Below the pieces are notes generated by a model that was not told the origin of the DNA, made no database searches, and worked only from the letters and a program-made list of their open reading frames with translations. Source: Octopus vulgaris (lineage: Eukaryota). Taken from it: a stretch of DNA of 64,000 bases. The stretch covers positions 14,756,001 to 14,820,000 of the forward strand of contig OX597828.1 in NCBI GenBank assembly GCA_951406725.2. The letters run 5' to 3'. A program made the translations under genes and the position numbers. Shown piece after piece: positions 51,165 to 64,000 of the stretch; the first letter of the stretch is position 1; each line of letters opens with the position of its first letter.

Positions 51165-51790
51165 CTTTGGTTTCAAATTTTGGCAAAAGACCAGCAATTT
51201 AGTGGAAGAGGGGCAAGTTGATTACATCGACCCCAGTTGTCAAATGATAGTTATTTTATCAATACTCGAAAGGATGAAAGGCAAAGTCAATCTTGGCAGA
51301 ATTTGAACTCAAAACGTTAAGACGGATGAAATGTTGCTAAGCATTTTGCCTGGTGTGTTACTGATTCTGACCGAATCGTTAGTAGGATATGACATATCAT
51401 GAGAATGGATAAAATCTCATTTCTTTATTGCCCACAAGGGGCTACACACAGAGGGGACAAACAAGGACAGACAGACGGATTAAGTTGATTATATCGACCC
51501 CAGTGAGTAACTGGTACTTATTTAACCGACCCCGAAAGGATGAAAAGCAAAGTCAACTTCAGAGGAATTTGAACTCAGAACGTTGCGGCAGATGAAATAC
51601 CTATTTCTTTACTATCCACAAGGGACTAAACACAGAGAAGACAAACAAGGACAGACAAACGGATTGAGTCGATTATATCAAACCCAGTGCGTAAATGGTA
51701 CTTATTTAATCGACCCTGAAAGGATGAAAGGCAAAGTCGACCTCGGCAGAATTTGAACTCAGAACGTAGCAGCATGCTAACATTTCTGCA
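51165..51790 (-). mobile_element. Tandem cluster of three SINE family B units
   Basis: gaaaggatgaaaggcaaagtc-like core occurs three times, head to tail. Confidence 0.85.
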
Positions 51791-52286
51791 GTCAGGTATT
51801 CATCAGATGCTATAAAACTGTAGGGGAACATGCTAGAAAAAAAAGAAAAAAAAAACTTACATTCAAGGGGGTCTTTTGAGAGTTGTGGATCATCCAAATG
51901 GGAAATTAATGTAAAATGCAGTACCATTTTGATTTAGTTTTAGGGTATAGTACCACAGATGTGCTGGAGATATATTTGGCTATTTAGATGGTTTCAATTT
52001 TAGAGAACCAATATTTAAAAAAAGTTTAATTATTTTAAAATAAAATATTTAGTTACTACATTCCTTAACATTCTTGAATTCAAATTGTACCAGGGTCAAC
52101 TTTGCTTTTCTTCATAATGGGAATGATAAATACCAGCCAATTTAATCATCTCTTATCCTCCCTATCTCCCTTCCAATAACTCTGTGACCTTATGTCAATG
52201 CTGTCATTTCAATATTTGGCCATGAAACAAGCAAATACATTTGTTGATTTTGAGACAACCACAAACAGTGCCAATAGTCATACATA

Positions 52287-52515
52287 GGTGGCAAGCTGGT
52301 AGAAACATTAGCACGCCAGGCGAAAAGCTTAGAAGTATTTCGTCTGCCGTTATGTCCTGAGTTCAAATTCCGCCGAGGTCGACTTTGCCTTTCATCCTTT
52401 CGGGGTAGATAAATTAAGTACCAGTTACGCACTGGGGTCGATGTAATCGACTTAATCCCTTTGTCCTTGTTTGTCCCCTCTATGTTTAGCCCCTTGTGGG
52501 CAATAAAGAAACAAG
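52287..52515 (+). mobile_element. tRNA-derived SINE family B with target-site duplication
   Basis: B box gagttcaaattcc, central ctttcatcctttcggggt...aattaagtaccag domain. Perfect 14-bp TSD aatagtcatacata at 52273-52286 and 52516-52529. Confidence 0.9.
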
Positions 52516-52563
52516 AATAGTCATACATAAGGGGGGAAATGATAGATTTGCTAAAGCAGCGAT

Positions 52564-52822
52564 CAGCGATTCTCTACCACGTTTTTGCCCATGGACTCCC
52601 TTTGATTCCTATTTTACTCAGATGGACCTCCATAACCATTCAATGGTTAAAAAAGATCCTATTTTATTTTTATAATTAAATATTATTAGGAATTGTATAA
52701 AAAAGAGAGTCAAACTATTTTGTGCATTGTAGAAATGTAACCAGTTTATTGCACATAAATTTTACCAACAAAACCTTATATGGAGCCCCCAAGGGTTATG
52801 TAGACCCTGATTGAGAACAGTC
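52564..52822. mobile_element. hAT/Charlie-like MITE, inverted relative of 73-322
   Basis: Internal sequence is the reverse complement of 73-322 (e.g. taattaaatattattaggaattgtataaaaa). Confidence 0.6.
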
Positions 52823-53232
52823 TTGTGGTATTTGTTCCAGCTATCAGTACTGAGATCAAATGTTACCAAGGTCAATTTTTACCCCTTCAAGACTAATTAA
52901 CTACCAGTCCAGAACAGTGGACCAGTTAAGAGCAAAGTTGATATAATCTACTACTACTCTCTCCCTCCTTCTCTCTTTCTCACACACAAGTTTGTAGCTT
53001 TGTCCATACTAGAAAAAAATAACTACTATATATACTCACGAATAGGTCACACTTTTTTCTACCAAAAATTTTGATAAAAATCAGGGTTGTGACCTATCCA
53101 CTCAACATCAGAGGGATCTGAAGTAGACAGTGGTGTATCAACAGCTGATTTATCAATTATACTACTTTCATATAGTCACTTCTACAAAAAAATGTTTTAA
53201 TATTTGTAAGCAAGGTTTTGAAAGAAAAGTGA

Positions 53233-53438
53233 ATAGGTGCAGGAGTGGCTGTGTGGTAAGTAGCTTGCTTACCAACCATATGATTCTGGGTTCAGTCCCA
53301 CTGTGTGGCACCTTGGGAAAGTGTCTTCTACTATAGCCTCGGGCCAACCAAAGCCTTGTGAGTAGATTTGGTAGACGGAAACTGAAAGGAGCCCGTCGTA
53401 TATGTGTGTGTGTGTGTGTATATATACACACATATGTT

Positions 53439-53476
<38 letters not shown>

Positions 53477-53658
53477 CACACACACACATATATGTTTGTG
53501 TGTGTGTGTGTGTTTCTCCCCCAACATTGCTTGACAATTGATGCCAATTGATGCCATAGCTTAGCGGTTCGGACTAGGCTTACAAAGAATAAGTCCTGGG
53601 GTCGATTTGCTCGACTCAAAGGTGGTGCTCCAGCATGACTGCAGTCAAATGACTGTTC

Positions 53659-53691
<33 letters not shown>

Positions 53692-53855
53692 ACGGGCTCC
53701 TTTCAGTTTCCATCTACCAAATCCACTCACAAGGCTTTGGTTGGCCCGAGGTTATAGTAGAAGACACTTGCTTAAAGTGCCACGCAGTGGGAATGAACCT
53801 GGAACCATGTGGTTAGTAAGCAAGCTACTTACCACAGAGCCACTCCTGCACCTAT
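53233..53855. mobile_element. Inverted pair of SINE family A copies
   Basis: Plus copy 53233-53657 followed by (TA)n and a minus half-copy 53691-53855. The 165-bp arms are complementary. Confidence 0.9.
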
Positions 53856-55439
53856 ATGTAAAGTAATTACTTTATTTTTATAATTTAAAAAAAAAATAAA
53901 TGCACGCTCTCTGCAGGGCTTGTGAAAAGGACTCCATCTTCTTGGCACTGAAACCCTAACTGAGGCCCTGTCTCCAAAAGGTTTTTTTAACTCATTATTT
54001 ACCAGCTGTTATTTAATAGCATTTACACACTTCAAGGTCCAGTTCCAAAGAAGAAATATTTCTATGTAACACACATGCATGCTATGAATAATTGCAAATT
54101 TCCTTTCCCAGACCAATAGTAGATCAAATGAGTTGCTGACATCTTACAGAAAATTTCACACAGAAAGAGAAGTTGCATAGGTTCAACTGACATTTTAAAG
54201 CTATTTTCCAAAGAAGAAGAAAAAACAAAATTGTACGAAAACTAAAAAAACGTCTTTTCTTAAGTAAACTACTTTGAACTCCTATACAAAAGTATCAAAG
54301 GCATTTCAACCTAACTTTCTCATCTGTTGCTCCATTGTTATATAGAAAATAGAAATAGATTCGATGAAGGTAACTACAGACTAGGATAAAATGACAATGG
54401 TTTGGTGATGTTCTGGGTTTTAAATCCTGCCCAAGTCAATTTTGTGTTTAAAAAAAAAAAAAAAAAAAAGGAATCATTTCTAAAAAAAATCAGTGTGGGG
54501 ACTATATTTGGCACAATTTTGGTCCAATCCCGCTACTGAAATTTATAATCAACTCTAGGGTGAAAAAAATTTCAAGATTTATTATTATTATTATTAAAAA
54601 AATAAATGTTCCTTCTCAAGTCATGCCAGGCTCATCAGGGCCGCTTTCCCGGTTCCAGTGGCATAGAAATTCCCCACCTGGACGGGACACCAGTCCATTG
54701 CAGGTTTGCTCATTTTTGCCAGCTGAGTGGACTGGAGCACCGCAAAATGAAGTGTTTTGCTCAAGAACACAACGCATCGCCAGGAATCACAACTACAACC
54801 TTATAATCATGAGTTCAAAACCCTAACCACCAAAGCCACATGCCGCCACTATTATTATTATTATATAATTAGACTGACACTCAACAGGATCAGGAAAATA
54901 CAAAGCAATTACGAGGGTCAATTTAATCAACTACCCACCTCTTTCAAATTTGTAGTTTTGTGTCTACGTTAAAAACCATAATCATTATTATTATTATTAT
55001 TATAATATTATTAAGGTGGTGAGCTGGCAGAATCATTAGCATGCCTGGCACAATGCTTAGTAGCATTATGCCTGCCTTTATATTCTGAGTTCAAATGCTA
55101 CCTAGGTTGGCTCCTTTAAGGGTCAATAAAGTAAAACACCAGTCAAATATAAACAACTGTTCTTATCACAACTAATTTCTGCTCTAGTGCCTATGGAAGA
55201 AATCAATATTACTATTGACTTTACTGCCATCTGGGGAGTGGCCATGATTGATAAGTGTAAAAGGAGTAGGTAAGAATTCCATAAAGTGTACCCTGGGTAG
55301 GCTATGGGTACACAAGAGATGTAGTGGATAATAGGTAGGCAGAAAGAGAAGTACTTCATATGCAGTAGATGCTATACATTAGAGATAATTATCAAGAAGA
55401 GTACTCAGGAAATAAATTCTTTCAAGTGCTCCAAAGGCT

Positions 55440-56020
55440 TCTTAGAAGAAGCTGACAGCTTACGTTATCAATGTGACCTTAATAGTGGAGTTGTGTGTTC
55501 TAAAACACAGTAACCAGCATGAGAATGGAGCAGAAAAAAAGTTCAGGGAGCTATTGCCTCTATTAGTAACAAAGGGACTCCCCCAATGTATGAAGGGCAG
55601 ATTGCATGATGCTTATGTATGAAGTCTAATGAAGCAGTGGGCATGAAGGATGTGTGAATACAGGAAAGAAATGAAGCAAGTATGATCCACTAGATGTGTA
55701 ATATTAGTGCATGTGTGTGAACAGAGCACAATAGTTGATAGATAAAAGGAAAGAAGAATGCACTGGTGTTGACAGGTCTTGCACATGAATGGAGAGAGTT
55801 GGGCAAAGAAGATCAAAGCAATTAAACTGGAAAGAAAAGGAACCTGCAGAAGGGAAGGAACAAGAAATACATGCGGAGAGGAGGGGAGAGTGGTGAATGT
55901 GAATCTCAAGAATCAGGAAGATAATTACAAAAGGAGACAGCAACAAGTGACTGTGGTGCAGCAGACCTGTCCAACCCATGCAAGCATGGCGAGATGGATG
56001 CAAAAATGATGATGGCAATG
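55440..56020 (+). mobile_element. Decayed 3' end of an RTE-clade LINE
   Basis: Frame-broken remnants KKFRELLPLLVTKGL, KGRLHDAYV, ERNEASM, SWAKK..GTCRREG typical of the RTE ORF C-terminus, followed by a tail ending in (ATG)n. Confidence 0.7.
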
Positions 56021-59000
56021 ACAACACCAACCTCAAAAATGTGTGATGTGGCAGTAAGGAATTGGTGAATGAAGCCATATGACCCATTTCTGTCATTATT
56101 TGGAACATCTTAACTGCACTAAAGTAGTGGAATGTAAGGGAGGAATAAATAAGATGCCACTCAGGAATTTGATAGGTAAAAGTGATTCAGTATTGAATGT
56201 GAAGACGAGAGAGAGAGTGCGTTAGTGCATCAAGGGTGGAGTAGCCAGCAAATCAACAGTATCAGTTGAAAAGTTAAAGAAAGAGAATAAAATACACAGG
56301 CAGTGAATCTGAGCCTAAGGATCGTTGTTGATGCTATTGTTTAGCCCCAAACCAGCCATGGTCAGACCTGTGACAAAAGATTTTTTTTTAGGTTGGGGAC
56401 AATGGATAATGTAATCTTAGACAGACTGAGCTGGACGATGGGACAATTAAGGCAGGAATGTTATTGATCATGATTGATGCTGAACTTTGTAACTTTCTCT
56501 ATATTCCACTTGAACATTTCCTACCCTCTCTTCTAAAATTACAGCAAAAAACTTGTTCTGCTCAGGCCCCTTCCCTCATACTTTTAGCCAACTTTTGTCC
56601 TTCATATCCAAGCATAAAGTTGCCCCTTGGGGTTCATAGTCTTGTAAACTGTATGATGGTCTCACTAGTGCTGGTAGCATGAAAAAAAACACGCAGTACA
56701 CACTGTAAAGTGGTTGGTTGAAAGGGAATCTACTCATAAAAACCATGCCAAAGCAGACACTGGAGCAGGATGCAGTCCTTCGGCCTAGTGGACCCTTTTA
56801 AACTGTTCGATCTATGCTAGCAAGGAAACACAGATGTTAAATAATGATGATAATGAAGACAACACATGAACAATACTATCCTGTCCCAAAAGCTATGAAG
56901 GTAAAATAGCTGACCACTGGTTGCAAGTCCAAATTTGCATTGTGCCGCTGTACAGTCCTCTGCCCGACAAAAGAAAAATACAGGCCTTGCTCCTACTCCA
57001 CGGCTTAGTGGCTTAAGCCTAAAAATATTTACTGCAAAAATATAATAAGATAGTAAATAAACTATCCTGCCCATGAAACTAAGAATAAAAGGGACATTAA
57101 CGTAAAACAATAAAGACAAAAAAATATATAATTCTAAAAAAAAAAACAAAAAAAAACGGAGTGTAAATATTCATCCACATGTAAGATAAATATTTAAATT
57201 TTACTGTAACCACAAATTCGTTTGGCATTATCTACAGATTGCATAGATTTGAAATGTAAATATTAAAAAAAAATTTAAAAAATAAAAAAAAATTTTAAAA
57301 ATCAATGGAATTGAGAGAATGACATTTTAATCTTTAAATTAGAAAAAAAATTCAATACTGCATTGAGAAGTTAAATGTCTTGGAAATCACATATACAAAT
57401 GCGTGGGTGAGTGTTGAGAGAAGCTGGAGGGTAAAAGCGATCAATACGAGTGAAACCTCAATTTCAAATAAATGAATGAAAATTGTGTGAATGCGTGTTT
57501 TACAAGTACACACGTTAAATGCTCTTCAATTAAATAAACGATAAAAATAAGGTTTACATTTTCATAAAAAAAAGAAACGAGAAAAATAACTTGTGAAATA
57601 CCAGCGAACACTTCACGAGTTATCTCCCTTCATCCACACGAACCACCAAGTTGGGAATTAGACATTCCTCTACCTTGATTAAATAAATCAGATTTTCTTA
57701 CAAATTCTTGATATTCTCATTAAAAAAAAAAAATCTGATTTTTCTTTTCTGCTCAAGAATAAATATCTGCAGATCTAATCAAATAAAAGACCGATATATT
57801 CAATGATGATATTACAGTCTTATTTCTATCTATATTAATTCTAGGACAGCCGTTCCTACACATTTATCTAGTGATAGTTGGACGAGCCAAACAAGGAAAT
57901 TTAAACAGATGTCTCCATGACGTCACTGGAGATGCAAAGAAATAGCAACCAAATCTTCCTTGAATCACATCATATCGTCTTAAAATGAGAGGCTCTTTGA
58001 GTAAAGCAGCTTTGTGTATGCTATTTGACTAGCAGATAAAAATGGTTACACTTGATCTTTTTTTTTTTTTTTTGGTATCTTTAATCATATTTGTTTCAGT
58101 CATTCTATTGTGGTCATGCTGGAGCACCATTTTGAAGTGGTTTTAGTCGAACAAATCTGGTACTTATTTCATCAGTATCTGTTGCTAAACAGCTAGGCTA
58201 TAGGGACATCAACAAACCAGCAGCGGTTGTTAATCAGTAAGAAAAAATCCACACACACACACACACACACAGGGGCTTCAACACAGCTTTCATCTATCAA
58301 ATTCACAAGACATTGATTGGCCCAGGCATATAGTAAAAGACAGTTGCCCAAGACACTGTATAGTGGGACTGAACCCCAAACCACATAGTTACAAGGCAAG
58401 TTTCTTAACCACAGAGCCATAACCTTAATCTGGTTCACTACAACTGCAGCTATGCTGCTTATTATTTTAAGACAACAAAAACAAGCAACTTCAATTTATA
58501 CTCTACAAACTGTTGTTGCTAAGACAGATCTGCTAACATTTATTTTCATTCTTGATGTGGAGAGCTTAAAGCTAAACTCAATCTAATCAATACTAACTAT
58601 TGTGTTAATTACACAAAATGGCTTTTTTTTTCTTTTTCCTTCTGATATAACAATGAGGCACTCGAAGCAGTAACTGAGATCAAATTCTTTATATGATTAA
58701 TGAAATTACATTATCACAAAGGTAATTCTTTAAGAGTATTTAACAATGCCGAGCTTTGCAATTTAAGAAGTTACAGCTTCATCATCACCATCATCATTAA
58801 ATTCATCATCATCATCACCACCATCATCAATATCATCCTCATATATCATCATAATTTAACATCCATTTTCCATGCTGGCATGGGCTGGGATGATTTGACT
58901 AGCTGAAGGGCTGTTGAGGTTCCATATCTGTTTTGGCATGGTTTCTACGACTGGATGCCCTTCCTAATACCAACCCCTTTACGGAGTATACTGGGTGCTT

Positions 59001-59940
59001 TTATGCAGCACTGGCACAGGTGCTTTTTATGTGGTACCAGCACTTACAAGCCTGCAGGATTAGGGATGCTCAGCTAGAAAGGGTTGCAAGGTCAATCACG
59101 CTTTCACTTAAGCTAAGGCAAAATATGTGCTGGGCTACTTACTAACAAGAACAGGAATTCAAATCTTAGTTAAAACCATCAGATGATGGTGGGCTCCTTA
59201 ATGGGCCCAGCCCAAGCAGATCTATATGATCAAAGGTGTTCTAATCATGGCCATCTAGTCTTTTCATCAGTAGAGTGTATCGACGACTACATTATATAGC
59301 ACATTTTCCCCTTTCAAAAATGATAGAATATGATTAGGAGGAAGATCTTACTGCTATTTCTGGCAGGTCAACAATTGCATAAAAGCTCCATTAGCTTCTA
59401 AAACTGCCAGAATAAACTTCAGTGCTAGTTTCAAAACCAGCATGACACATCCCCTGCCAAGGTACATAACTCATTTTTTTTCTTTTTAAAAAGGTAAGTT
59501 GGAAAACACAATAGCACTGACAAAAAACATCCACCTTAGAAACATTTCTGGCTCAGGGTATACAAAGTTTAAATGTCTATAAAACAACCCCATTCATGTC
59601 AACATAGACAAATGAGTGTAAAACAGTTTAAAACATAAAACACCAAGCAAAGCTAAAGAATACATTTTAATATCTACACTATATTGTGTTGAGGAAAGCA
59701 AAGACGACCAGAATATGTCTGGAATTGTTCCCATACTGTTTAAGATTAGACTCGCTTCAGAAAGAAGTGTTTTATATTAAATGTTAATTAACATTTCAAG
59801 GTTGTCTCCCTTGCTTTTTTTTTTTTTTTATCAGATTCATCATAAAATGATTTTTCTCATCAGTATGGTAGTAATTTCAATTTTAGTTTCTAGGGGCTTA
59901 CTACATCAAATATTCTAGTGTTGCTTCACAAAGTTTTCAA

Positions 59941-60101
59941 AGGCAGAGATGTGGCTGTGTAGTCAGAAGTTAGCTTCCCAAGAACACAGTTCCAGGTTCG
60001 GTCCCACAGCGTGGCACCTTGGGTAAGTGTCTTCAATTATAGCCTCAGGCCAACTAAAGACTTGTGAGTGGATTTTGTAGACAGAAACAGAAAAGAAGCC
60101 C

Positions 60102-60162
<61 letters not shown>

Positions 60163-60357
60163 ACAGTTCCCCCATCAGCACTTGACAAATGGTGCTGGTT
60201 TGTTTACATCCCCCTAACTTCATGGTTCACCAAAATAACCAGACAAAATAAGTACTAGGCTTTAAAAAAAGTACAGGGGTTAATTCAACTAAAGACTCTT
60301 CAATGCAGTGCCCCAGCATAGCCACAGTCGAATGACAAACAAACAAACGATGAAAGA
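59941..60357 (+). mobile_element. SINE family A copy
   Basis: Same head, core, (TG)n and tail as the other copies. Confidence 0.8.
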
Positions 60358-61854
60358 TACAGCAAGCATTCTTGCATGTTTCCCGCCACCTTCTCCAAGT
60401 CATTCTCTTAAGAGAATCTCAGAACAACAGAGAAACTTAATATACAACAATCTTTAAAATCACCAGAATTTTTTGTTAACAGCAATTGGCAATAAGAGCA
60501 CCAACCATAAAACGAAACGGAATCTTTAACCCACCTGAAAACACCCTTGGTTCTATGACACAAACTTCCTGTTTTAAAAGTTTGATAAGATTTAATTTAG
60601 ATCACTTTATGTTAATTAATGTTCCAAACATCAGCTTAATTAACAGACAAATTAATTGAAACAAAGAACAGTGCTTAAACTTGAAATGGCAGTTCTGATC
60701 AACGGAACAGTCTGCTTATGAAATTAACATGCAAATGGCTAAGCCCTCCACATACGTGCATACCCTTAATGTAGTTCTCAAGGAGATTCAGCACAACACA
60801 GAATGTGACAAAGCTGACCCTCAGAAGTACAAGTACAGCTTGCATTTCAAGTTGTACTTGGAGTGAACTGGAGCAACATGAAATAAGTATCTTGCTCAAG
60901 GACACAAAAGACACAACATGCCACATGGAATCAAACTCACAACCCTACTCCTAACCACTAAGCCACAAGCCTTCACAAAGGCAGCATATTTCATGAGAAA
61001 TATGGTTAACAAAAAAAGGGAAAAAAAAGCATCTGAATTTGAACAGACACAGAAAAGTATACATATTCTTTGGAGAGGTCAATCCTTTCAGCCTTCAAGC
61101 ACTTTTAATATGATAGACTAATAGATCAATCCAATTGTTCTCCAAAAGTTGATGATATAGACAGTAGACGGATAATGACATCATTAACATACATACATAT
61201 ATATAGAAGCTTCATCAATTATATTACTCATTTAGTAATTAACAGTCTTAATATTAGAGTTACAGGTATTACTCTCACATACTAATTACATAAATCCTCT
61301 ACTTTTTACCTAATTACTCAAATAACAGCTGGCTAAGGTGAACAAAAATTTAGTCAAATATAATAACTTCTGGTTAACCATTATGCCATATTCGAGACTG
61401 ATTTCCCTGTGAACCAGTGACACCTTATACAGAAGGGGGAGAATGTTATTCTATCACAATCAATCCCAAATGTTATTTTTTTACCATTTAGAAGGGAAGG
61501 GCATCACCCATAATCTTTAATTTTTTTTAAGGGCCCCCAAAGACTAGTAGGAAGAATAGAGAAATATACAAATAGCTCCAGTTTGAAGGCAGCCAGGGTC
61601 CACTTGCTTGGATACCAGAGGATTTGGTGTCTCCATCTCCAACAGTTGAATGAACTCAAGTGCAGAATTAAGGGTGCAACCTAAATACATAGTGAAACAG
61701 TAGCAGTATATCTGAACTCAAAACGTTCAAACTGGTGGTAGGCCAATATTGTACAGTGATCAGTAACAGTTGGTCTGCAGCTCACTAATACTCTCACACT
61801 GATCGATGGCCTGTGCATGCAATTAATAGACCGAAACTATTCAGAAACTCATCG

Positions 61855-62036
61855 CGTGTGTGCATGTAAGTGTGTGTGTGTGCATGCGAGTGCATGTGAG
61901 TGTGTGTGAGTGTGTGTGTGATTGTGCGTACATGAGTGAGTGTATATGTGAGTGAATGAGTGAGTGTATGTGTGCATATGTGAGTGAGTGCATGTGAGTG
62001 ATTGTGGGTGTGTGTGCATATGTATGTATATATATG
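61855..62036. repeat. Degenerate (GTGA/GT)n microsatellite
   Basis: Direct inspection. Confidence 0.85.
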
Positions 62037-64000
62037 CTCACACCTGTTTACTTTCAGCATATTTTTGCGTGACACTGAGCAACAGATGGCCAACTATTGG
62101 AACAGAAAATGCCTAACCAGTAAAACAGGTAAAGGTTGATGACAGGAAAGGTACCTAACCACAGAACATTGCTTCAAATTCTCATTTAACCCATATCCCA
62201 TGGAGAAAAATACATGGCAGGGGGTGGTGAGCAAAAACATTACGAGATGGTTAAAAACTGAAAGCTCCATTTTTGCTTTCTTCCCTGTTCTAGAAATAGA
62301 TACAAAAATTCCCATACTATTACAATATTATAGTATTAAAAAGATTATTTCAGAAGTTTGTTTTCTTTTGCTTCTCAAATAAGGCTGAGTGGTTAAGAAG
62401 CTGGCTTATCAACAACATGGTTTCAGGTTCAGTCCCACCATGTGCCACCTTGGAAAAGGTGTCTTCTATAGCACTAGGCAAACTAATTATCTGTGAGTGA
62501 ATTCGGTAGACAGAAATTGCATGGGAGCTTGTCATATTCTTTACCTTTTATTTCTTTTACATGTTCCAGTCATTAGACAGTGACCATGCTGGAGCACCAA
62601 CTTGAATTTTAGTTGAACAAATCAACCCAAGTACTTGTTTTTTTTTTTTTCTTTTTTATAAAACCTGATCCTTATTCTATCAGTCTCTTTTGCCAAACTA
62701 AGTTACAGGGATGTAAACTCACCAACACTGGTTGTTGAACAGGTAAGGGGGACAAACACAGGCACAAAGGCATGCACACACACACACACACACAATAAAT
62801 ATATACACACACAATGGGCTTCTTTCAGTTTCCATCTACTAAAACCATTCACAAGGCTTTGATCGGCCAGAGGCTATAACAGAAGACATTTGCCCGTGGT
62901 GTCGCACAGTAAGACTGAAAGCAGAACCATGGGGTTGAGGAAGTACCAGATTAAAAAAATAAAACCAAAAACAAGAAAAAAACATAATTACTGGAATTCA
63001 ACTAAAACCCTTCAAAGATGTGTTCCAGCATGGCCACAGTCCACTGAATGAAACAAGATAGTAAATATTTCAAGAACACACACATACATTTCCTTAACAA
63101 ACTAAAGTGTAGCTTCCATTACAAAATGACATATGAGAAAATAATATCAAGTGAGTATATAAGAACATTTTCATCACCTTCGTAACCTCTTGAGTCCACT
63201 ATACCACTGTCTGGCATTTTATTATACTGAAACTGGAAGGATTTGAACTTAGAACATAAAGGGACAATATTCTATATTGTAATGCACTTAACTTGGCACT
63301 TGACATTTTGTTTTATATTTTCTCATAACGCTTGTTTCCACCCCCACTTTTTTTTGTTTTGTTTTGTTCTGTTCGTTATTAAAAGGTTACAAGGATTTCT
63401 AGAGCCGCAAGTAGATGAGACATAGATCTTAACTCTGGAAGAGGAAACGAGACTGAATTATTGCAAATAGCTTTTACTGCGAGGGGAATTGAAACCAGCT
63501 CAGCAAGGTAATGCACTAATGCTACTACCACCTGCTGTAGTCAATGTCAGTTCCACTTTATTTTATAATTTATTAGTTTTCATACTAACATGTATGCTTT
63601 TCTATACACAAACACATACATGCACACACACACACACACAGTGTGTAGTAGTTGTCAATGTAATCAACCTCAGTACACAACTGGTACCTATTTTATCTAC
63701 CCCAAAAGAATGAAAGGCAAAATCGACCTCAGTGGAATTTGAACTCACAACGTAGCAACGGGCAAAATACTGCTAAGCATCTTGTCCAGTGTGCTAATGA
63801 TTCTGCTAGCTTGCCACCTTAATAATGATAGTAATGGTTTCAAACTTTTGCACAGAGCCAGCAGTTTTGAGGGGAGGGAGAATTTAATTACATTGAACGG
63901 AGTACTTGACTGGAACTTATTTTTATCAATGATGAAAGAATGAAAAGCTATTTCAACCCCAATGAAATTTCAACTCAGAAATGCCATCAGTCTTCAGCCT

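Noticed and set aside
51860-51927. ATG-initiated segment ending in a gtaagt donor (MVLHFTLISHLDDPQLSKDPLE)
   Set aside because: Phase 1 is incompatible with the next phase-0 exon at 50753, and it shows no similarity to the SLMAP N-terminus.
57918-57925. Perfect CRE palindrome TGACGTCA
   Set aside because: Lies within a decayed dispersed repeat; single 8-mers are expected by chance in 64 kb.
50754-64000. Search for SLMAP first coding exon (GRS...FDCKVLSRNHA motifs)
   Set aside because: Not found by eye on the minus strand; presumed to lie beyond the window.

Overview
AT-rich, microsatellite- and SINE-dense eukaryotic DNA. The repeat landscape resembles octopus (coleoid cephalopod) genomes; the species assignment is an inference. 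The window lies largely or wholly within one minus-strand gene that I recognise as SLMAP (sarcolemmal membrane-associated protein, the STRIPAK FHA/coiled-coil adaptor). I assembled 16 GT-AG exons by hand, from 50753 down to 3189 (1294 nt, 431 codons, no stop, all phases compatible). They encode the second half of the FHA domain and much of the coiled coil. The first coding exon(s) and the C-terminal tail-anchor exons were not found and probably lie outside the window. Almost all ORF-track entries are repeat or microsatellite noise. The introns hold several tRNA-derived SINE families, RTE-type LINE remnants, piggyBac-, Tc1/mariner- and hAT-type MITEs, a non-autonomous Helitron and minisatellites. 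Best leads: (1) a candidate alternative first exon (MLLSLY, 29574-29556) splicing in frame to give an FHA-less SLMAP; (2) a minimal hammerhead ribozyme with an intact core on the transcribed strand (33633-33599); (3) six consecutive symmetric phase-1 exons, four of them whole heptad multiples; (4) long fold-back structures at 28778-29165 and 53233-53855 that are candidate ADAR substrates.
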